Below the pieces are notes generated by a model. The model saw only the letters and a program-made list of their open reading frames with translations. It was not told the DNA's origin and did no database searches. Below are positions 55,771-64,000 of a stretch of 64,000 nt of DNA, one piece after another (position 1 is the first letter of the stretch; every line of letters starts with the position of its first letter). Made by a program: the position numbers and the translations under genes. The DNA comes from Octopus sinensis (Eukaryota), in NCBI RefSeq assembly GCF_006345805.1, contig NC_043000.1, positions 69,192,001 to 69,256,000 on the forward strand, given 5' to 3'.

Positions 55771-56499
55771 ACCGAATACCTCTGATAATTGAACCCTATA
55801 CGAAAAGGAGAGTGAAAGGATAAACAGCTGAAAATGTTGAAAAATATAGAGTAAGATCAGGAATTCCTACTAATAACAGTGTATGATTATTTCTAGTAAA
55901 ATGTTAAGAAATGTCCAATAAGTATAATCGTCCATTGTTTCGAAGGTACCTCTTGAAGTAGCGGAATGATAGAACTTGACGTATCATTCAGATAATTTGC
56001 TGAATTATTAATTTTTGAGAATAACGAAATACAACACCTGCAATAATTTGCCTCATTTTGTATGGTTTTCTATCACATACTATCGGTATCAGTTGAAATC
56101 GTTTAGTGTAGTGTTTCTCAAAGAAAGAAAGACTGAAAGTTGGTGGGCAAATTATCAAAACAAAAAATTTGCTTCTAAAGATTTTATCTTGTCCAACACG
56201 ATAGCAAAGTTAAAATAATTATAGGGATGCAAAATCTATTTTGTTTTATCATTGATAAAGAGGCAAGGAATACTATTTTCAATGGGCTTGGCTTTTGTTA
56301 GTTTAAGAATCACTGGTTTAGTGTAATTGTCTATCATAAGCCTGTATGTAACTACCAAGTCAAAACCTTGTGGAGCATACCTTGTGGAGATTCATGGGAA
56401 ATACGCTGAAGTCATAACATGTGTGGATGAAAAGGCCAGCCTGTAGTATCTAGTTTTTCTCAGAAGAATATGGAGTTTTCTTCATAATACCAATTATGT

Positions 56500-57200
56500 T
56501 TATACGTAACACTGGACTCTTGTTCCCTTTCAGTTGTGGAAAGTTCTTCAAACTATCTTGATATTGTCTTTATATTTCACTTTCCGTCGGTCAAATCGTC
56601 CTTGGCTTTTGGAAAGTGCTCCATAGAATATCTAATTGATCAGTCAGAGTATATCTATGTAGATGATGTATCCCGTGTAGCGCAGCTAGGAATTCAAAAG
56701 CATAGTTTCAGAGATTTCACGCGGATATATTGAAGCTCTAGATGTTTTAGGTTGAGCGTCCATCACAAGTTTGAAATTTTAGTGGTGCGGTGCGGAACAC
56801 AAGATCAGAGATAACACAAGCAATGACCTTGCTGATGTGCGCAGAAAGAGCCATAAGGACAAATAACGAAAGAGCCTCAAGGAGAAATGAATTTTCCAAG
56901 GTATCCAATATAGTCGATGATCTTCAGTTGGGGAATCCTCCTTCCAAATATTGGGAGGCTATATCATTGCTACTCCTGGAGCATGTTGGTAGAGGGCATA
57001 TGGTATGCTGAAACTAATTGAGTTCCAAAGTTCAAAGGACTCTACAAGTCTCTTGGCGATTATTTAGAGATCAGTCCTGGAATGTGCTATGAAATTACAT
57101 TTGACTACAACATTGAGCAAGAGTCTCTTATTCGTCTTGCAGGCCCAAAATAAGCCATATATTTCGTATCTCAGATACACCTTCTATCAATAATATATAC
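56500..57200 (-). mobile_element. Degraded RTE-type LINE 3' region
   Basis: LRYTGYI...IFYGALS...KYKDNIK resembles the RTE LRW.GHV...FYGEL...RYKD.LK segment. Confidence 0.5.
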
Positions 57201-57932
57201 ATCATGATTACATAAAGAATAGGATGAAACGATCAAGGGTGAATATATAGCTCTGTTTCATCTTGTAAGGCATGAATAGTTTTGAAATATAGCCTTTTGA
57301 TAGAATAAAACCTTCTATGTCATCAGAAAACTGAGAGACGGGTTGCATAATTTTTTGAGACGGCAGAGTTTTTCAAATTTAAGTACGGCTTGCACGCACA
57401 CACGCACACACACGCTCATACACACACATACATAGATACATATATATGTGTGTGTGTGTGTGTGTGTGGTTACATTGGTTTGAGTTATTACATTACGCAC
57501 TTTACAATGTTTTTGCTCATTGACGTTGCTCCTATTTACTTTGTAATGTTTGTAGAGAGATTTCAGGGTTTTAATATTTCGTATTTCTTGCTTTCTTTAC
57601 AAAGTGATTTCACAGAACAAACAAAAAATATTTGGTAATGAAATGGTATTAGTAATTGGTAATAAAAACAATGCTTATAGAAGTGCAAATATTTTTATAC
57701 GTTATATTGAACAAATAGCAAACAGCTATTATTTATATTTAAACATCTGTTAAAATGTATCAAAATACAAATGAAAGCGGATAGTCAGGTGGCTAAGTAG
57801 TTCGTTTAGTAATCACTTACTTCCAGGTTCAATCCTGCTTTAATTACATGTATTCTAACATAAGTCAGTCACGTTGTTTAAAGCCCTCGTAAACCACATT
57901 TTATAGATGGAAATTATAAAGAAAAGTGAACA

Positions 57933-57976
<44 letters not shown>

Positions 57977-57980
57977 ATAC

Positions 57981-58023
<43 letters not shown>

Positions 58024-58117
58024 TATACATGCATGCATGCATGCATGCATGCATACATACATGCATGCATGCATGTATGTATGTATGTATGTATGTATGT
58101 CGCACCCTATATATATA

Positions 58118-58935
58118 GGGTGCGACGGGTAAATTGTTGCCATTTTATATTTTTAATTTCGCACATGTGCAGTTTGTTTTTGATTTTGTCGATTACAGAT
58201 TATGTTAAAGTTAGTTGGGCATCGTCTTTGACAAAAACAGCATCATGACGCAATTCATTCTGACAGAAATTTGGAAACGACATGTTGTACGGCTTAGCAT
58301 TCGTGCCGGAAGCTCCAATACGAACATTTCAGAGTGTTTGGGTGCCAATCTGAGGACATGTACCGAGAATGATAAAAATCAAACATCCAGTCATCATCAT
58401 GGTGTTTGGAGTGATCACAAGTGATGGTGACGTTACACTTCCATTCATCTTCCCACGCGACCTCACATTCAACACAATGGCTTACATTAAGTGCCTGGAG
58501 GAGGTAGTGCTGCCCTGGGTCAAGAGTAGCTACTGAAGACCCTATGTCTGGCAACAGCATTCTGCACCATGTCACAGAAGCAGGGGAACCTAACATCTGG
58601 CCACCTAACTCCCCAAACTACAACCCTCTTGATTATTATGTGTGGGGCGCAGTTGAGTAAGATACCAACAAATCTCCTTGCAGCACCAAAGATGAACTGA
58701 AGGCAAGGATTATGATAGCATTCACCAACTCAAACAAGGAGACCATCCAAAAGAGTTGCAGGAAATCCCGAAGTCGTCTGGAGGCCATGGTTGAAGCCAA
58801 TGTCGATTATATTGAATAAATCTACTCTTTAGTATTTCAAAATATTTTAATGTAATTTTGGTAAATATATCTGTTCAAACGAGTGTTATTTTAATTTTTG
58901 CGTAATTTACACGGCAGTTTATTCCCCGCACCCTG
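58118..58935 (+). mobile_element. Internally deleted maT (DD37D-like) Tc1/mariner element
   Basis: Imperfect TIRs GGGTGCG; MVFGVITSDG, YVWQQHSAPCH and WPPNSPNYNPLDYYVWG...EAN..YIE*. Confidence 0.88.
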
Positions 58936-59327
58936 AATATATATATATATAAATACACATATATAACAGAGTTATTAGTGAGGGGTTATCAATCCAGACA
59001 AAGTACTTTATAAGCTCTCTGTTAATATATCACGCTAACAATATTATTTTGATTTGTAAAGAACTCCGCGTATTCTTGTGGCAGGATCCGAGGTTATAGT
59101 TCATCACCACTGCATCTTGTAAGTCCATGGTTATGTTCCAGTTATTCTGGCTTTTACTTAGAGTGATCTACATGGCAAGGTATAAATGATGGTCGTTATT
59201 TATTTTTCCTTATTGTAATAAATTTGACTTACACCCGTTTCCAGTTTATATGTCTACATATCGTCAATGTATCATATATCACAGAAAGGACGCTCTAAAG
59301 CATAGAACAGTAATGTATAAACTTTAA

Positions 59328-59366
<39 letters not shown>

Positions 59367-59527
59367 CACACACACATATGTGTGTGTGTAACAAAAGAAA
59401 AGGGTACTCAACGCGTTTAGTAGGAGCTACATGTATTATTTAAGACAGTTTGAAGTAGCGTCTGTTAGAGGCTCGCGAAACTTTAAGTTCCATAGAGCCG
59501 AGTCAGTCTGCTTTAAATATTATATAT

Positions 59528-59611
<84 letters not shown>

Positions 59612-59639
59612 TGTGTGTGTGTCTGTGAGTGTGAGTGTG

Positions 59640-60300
59640 TATACTGACCAAGTCTATTTTATCATAACGAATAATGTATTCATTTGAAACTAGCAAAGAG
59701 CAAACAGAAACGAGGTGGTCAAGTGTTTCTCTGGTTGCATCACAGAATCGGCAGACAAGGTCTGCACCATTTTTAAGAATGCTTACTTGGTTGTTTGTGG
59801 TGGGAAGACATTGATTCTGAACTGTTATAATGAATTCCCCTGTTTCTGATTTAAGTCCAGATGCAGCCAACCGTTGAACGGTCATGTATATACATCCGAA
59901 TCGCTAACCTACGTAGGGTATTTGCCCTGCATTACCTTACTTTTCCATGTACTTCGCAGCACTGAAATTCCATTTGATTTGGCTTGTGCTTTTATCTGGT
60001 TTGATAGTGGGCCCATCTGTTTAATCTAGTTGTGCTTCAGTATCGTTGATCCCCAATTCGTGCACATACTTCTTTGCTTCTTCTGATATTGCATACATTT
60101 GTTTGTAATGTTCATACTTACCGACAAGTTTAAGCATCCAGTTGTTGATGTACTTTAGATAGGCGTCAACACCTATGGTTGCTGTTCTTATTACTCTGGC
60201 TCTGTTGAATATCCTCTTGTTTTGTCTTCGATTCTTTCTGATCGTCGCATTTCATTCTATCCGAACCTTTATATATTTTCAATAACATTTTTTCAACGTT
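59640..60300 (-). mobile_element. Degraded R4-type LINE (pre-RLE and CCHC region)
   Basis: GLKSETGEFIITVQNQCLPT...CRFCDATRETLDHLVSVC. Confidence 0.8.
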
Positions 60301-60792
60301 TTTTCTTTCCTTAGCTTTTCATTAATCACTTTCTAGGCTACACATACTGTTTTTGATTTTAGATTTTACATTATTGTTCCCAGTTTGAAATCATTGATTT
60401 CTACTTTTATCTTTTATTTTTTGTTTCTTTTCAAGCCCTCCAGTACTATTGAAATCGTAGTTCGTCTGTTTATTTTGATCAATTTTCTGCTTCTGTTTGT
60501 CCGTTTCTTTTCATTGCACACTATATGTAAAAAAAAACTAAATACATTTTTATGTCCCACGCATGCTTCCTAATTGCCCCTACTTTCCTATTCCTGCTCC
60601 AACCCATATGTATGTATATATATATATCTGTATATATGTATATATATATATATGTGTGTGTGTGTAACTCACCTCCCTCTGATATTCAATGTGTTTTTGA
60701 CACAGCAAGTCCATAAGAGATATTATCTCAGGATAAATACTGCAGTAACCGGCCAATCAACAGTGTATACGCATAAATTAGATACATAGATG

Positions 60793-60823
<31 letters not shown>

Positions 60824-60914
60824 GTCCGTCCGTCCTTCCGTCCATCCATCCGTATACGGAGGAATAGGTAAATTTGGCATGTTTGTATGTCTTACTATGT
60901 AGGCTTACATATAT

Positions 60915-61630
60915 TCTTTTCTACTTTAGGCACAAGGCCCAAAACATTTGGGGAGGGCGCCAGTCGATTAGATCGACCCTGGTACTTAATTTATTGACCC
61001 CGAATGGATGAAAGGCAAAGTCGACTTCGGCGGAATTTGAACTCAGAACGTAAAGACAGACGAAATACCGCTATGTATTTCGCCCGGCGTGCTAACGTTT
61101 CTGCCAGCTCGCCGACTTAGATCCTACATATATTATATCAAATCTTGATACTCTTCCCCGTTGACAGACCTCTGATATTATCTATAGTGTTAAACATTGA
61201 TAGTATGCTTATTAGTAGACCCAGTTCTCTAGAGCTACTAAAATCGATGTGTATATAGACAGATTGGGTTTTTGCTCTTCTGCGATTAGTCAAATGATGT
61301 AGACACCCTTGATAATTTCCCAACAATGGTCTGAAATCGATTGAGGCTATTTGCTATTTCTGCAGTCTACCGAGAAATAGGTAAATTCAGCGTGCTTGTA
61401 TATCCACACACACACACACAAGCATTTCAAATTTTGGCACAAGGACAGCAATTTAGAGGGAAGGAGGGAAGTCGATTGCATCGATCCCAGTGTACGACTG
61501 CTACTTCAATTATCGACAACGAAAGGATGAAAGGTACAGTCGACATCGGTACAATGTGAATTCAGAACGTAAAGATGGGCGAAATGCTGCTAAGCATTTT
61601 ATCCCGCGTGCTTACGGTGCCAGCTTGAAG
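60915..61630 (-). mobile_element. Two family B SINEs (60915-61115 young; 61425-61630 older)
   Basis: Reverse complement of GGCGAGCTGGCAGAAACGTTAGC...GAGTTCAAATTCCGCCGAAGTCGAC. Confidence 0.88.
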
Positions 61631-61641
61631 CCTTACATAAT

Positions 61642-61673
<32 letters not shown>

Positions 61674-61899
61674 ACATACACACACACATACGTGCATACA
61701 CACATACAAACATATACAATATATATATATGTGTGTGTGTGTGTGCGTGTATCTGTGTGTGTGTGTGCGTGTATGCGCGCGAGTGTGTGCTTGAGTATCC
61801 TGGGTAAAACTTCAAACTGTATCCGGTAGTGGTACACTGGTACAGGAGTTCCAAGGTTTTGGGAAGTGTGGATCCATCTCTTAGTCACTACTGTTCTCA

Positions 61900-62030
61900 G
61901 GTTTACACTGACCCGAGTAGTAGAACCTGTTAGGGTCCCAACTATGTGATAACCAGTATGTAAACCACTGGGAGTGAAGGTCCCCTCATTCGCCCTCTAG
62001 GAGAAAGTAACCTCGTAAGGAAAGCATGAA
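61900..62030 (+). mobile_element. Second fragment of the RTE-like leader seen at 15330-15675
   Basis: Shared AAACCACTGGGAGTGAAGG and AAGGTAAC-like motif. Confidence 0.4.
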
Positions 62031-62978
62031 GTGTAGCTGGTTTCTAGTCGTCTCAACCTCTGTTGTGCCACTGGTTCTATAGCTGGTTGCTCTGAAAAGT
62101 GAGCACAGTGCTGAGCAATATTTTATCCACAAAAAGTTCTTGGATTCTCGGAATATTTCCATGAACTTACTGAGTTTAGGAAATGGTTTTACTCGGTCAC
62201 GAGTTGATTTCCACCATGTATTTATGCATACATATATCCAACTGACTTCTGCATAGTTGCCATCTATTAAATTTGAATTACATTAATTTATTCAAGGTGA
62301 TGTAAACTTATGTTAAAATACGCGTGATTAAAATTGGATGGAACCCGAAATATATGACTGGTAAGCGAACTTCTTTACCTCATGACCCTGTCTGCTTTCA
62401 TTAACATTTTGAATGTTGCTTCAATAAAAATTATAGCTAAATACTTTTTACATAATACGTGTAAAAATATTTCTATTTTCATAAGCAGTGTTTTTCTTAC
62501 TAATTATCAATACTATTTCATTACAGAATAATACTTGTTTGTTCTGTCTTATATTTCTAAAAGAGTTCATGAGATACGAAGTGTGTGTAAGTCTGTTTGT
62601 ATATATTTAAATAATTAAGTGTCTACATATGTAAATATTACTGGGAATTATTGCTTATTAAACAAGGAAGATAACTGAGTGGTTAAACAGAAGGAGAGTA
62701 GGAAGAAAGTGATTATTGATAATTTCATTGATTAGCCGGTATCCGGTGCTTAAGCAGGATGTGGAAAGCCCAAAACAAAGCTCTGTATAGCAGTTTTGGA
62801 AAATGTACTTGATAAGTGGACACAGTAATTCACTTATTTCTCCACAGGAGATATATTCTGGTCAGAGTCATAATTATACGTAGTTAGTTAATATGAATAT
62901 ATAAAAACAAATATGTTGTTAATAAAGTGTCCTTCATACCAAAATCAAAATCGTAGAATTTATTACACACACACACAC

Positions 62979-63012
<34 letters not shown>

Positions 63013-63023
63013 CACACACACAC

Positions 63024-63088
<65 letters not shown>

Positions 63089-63192
63089 AACAAGTAAAGC
63101 CAATCGCCACATCAAAGTGGCTGTTCCATGAGATTTTACAACTAGCTATTTTGATTGTTGCAAATCAGTGACCGGTGGTAGCTTTGTTAACA

Positions 63193-63349
63193 ATATATTG
63201 CTAGCTGGAACAGACCCTGACTATCGTACTTGCGACGATCAGGTACTCGAGACTGAGAATGAGCCAAATATCTCGAAACTGAATCAGTCTCGCCATCCTG
63301 TTGTCTGCTAGAGGATGGTAGGGATTTGCTCCCTCTGCTAGCAATATAT
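63193..63349 (+). ncRNA. 157-nt element closed by a 13-bp terminal inverted repeat, with several hairpins and a hammerhead-like core
   Basis: ATATATTGCTAGC/GCTAGCAATATAT; CCTGA..TCGT/ACGA.TCAGG; CCATCCT/AGGATGG; AGGGA/TCCCT; and CTGAGAA-T-GAG..CTC-GAAACTG-AAT-CAGTC. Confidence 0.5.
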
Positions 63350-64000
63350 ATCTCTTATTATAAAACGCAGATTTTATCTGCCTCCCTTTGTCTCTTATAG
63401 AAATCTACAATATAGGATTTCTTCAATTACAATTTACCTAGCATTTTTAAGAGTAGAATGCATCGGGTCGTGCCAGGTCCAGTTTTAAAATTTCAACCCC
63501 AATTAAGCAAAATTTAGAGAAAAACTCACATTGTGGTGTATAAGTCAAATGCTTTTTAGTGTGGGCTACAGCACACGCAACACACACAGTGTGCAACGAT
63601 TGAAGTGAAAGTAATTCATTTTTTGTAGTGAGTGACTCTTTCACTCTGCATTCCCACTTCCTCTTTACACACATAGACACGCAAATATATAAATAAAATT
63701 GTAAGCTAACGTGTGTGTGTGTGTGTGTGCGTGTGTGTGAGTGTGTGTGTGTGCGTGTGCGTGTGTGTGTGTGTGTGAGGGTGTGTGTGTGTGTGCGTGA
63801 GTGTGTGACAGGAAAGTTTTTTAGGACGAATATAAGACCTAAAGTATATCCAAGTAGCAGAAAGATCGCCCAAAAGTGTATATAGATATTTAGATGTATT
63901 TATATATTCATCTATACACAGATGTATGTATAATGTGTGTGTATATATTTCCATAGAGGTAACCTTTCACTCCATACAAAGTTTTTTAGGACGAAAATAA
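63350..64000 (+). mobile_element. Possible non-autonomous Helitron-like repeat with internal (TG)n
   Basis: Starts AT-TCTCTTATTATAAAA, a Helitron-like TC 5' end; 3' end not seen. Confidence 0.3.

Overview
Eukaryotic, AT-rich, repeat-saturated genomic DNA. The SINE/LINE/microsatellite complement resembles a coleoid cephalopod (Octopus-like); this is inferred from recalled repeat families, not from a search. Most of the window is decayed mobile DNA: many R4/Dong-type (RT + restriction-like endonuclease) LINEs, including one near-full-length 4-kb copy flanked by TAA-type microsatellites, plus Tx1/L1, RTE and CR1/L2 LINEs, Penelope-like fragments and three tRNA-derived SINE families. DNA transposons include a full-length mariner, maT-type Tc1/mariner, pogo, hAT and Chapaev-like elements. 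No intact host gene, rRNA, true tRNA or CRISPR is visible. The best host-gene candidate is a minus-strand first coding exon at 51337-51411. The most interesting unexplained signals are RNA-structural: three hammerhead-like ribozyme motifs (one inside a 157-nt multi-hairpin element at 63193-63349), a decayed HDV-like fold at the 5' end of an RTE-like element, and a covarying 3' stem-loop in a (CATA)n-associated LINE family. Also notable are a perfect 104-bp inverted repeat coupled to a 61-bp direct repeat, and a SINE flanked by an over-200-bp duplication. An ~885-bp tandem duplication looks like an assembly artefact. Most ORFs in the supplied track are microsatellite read-through.
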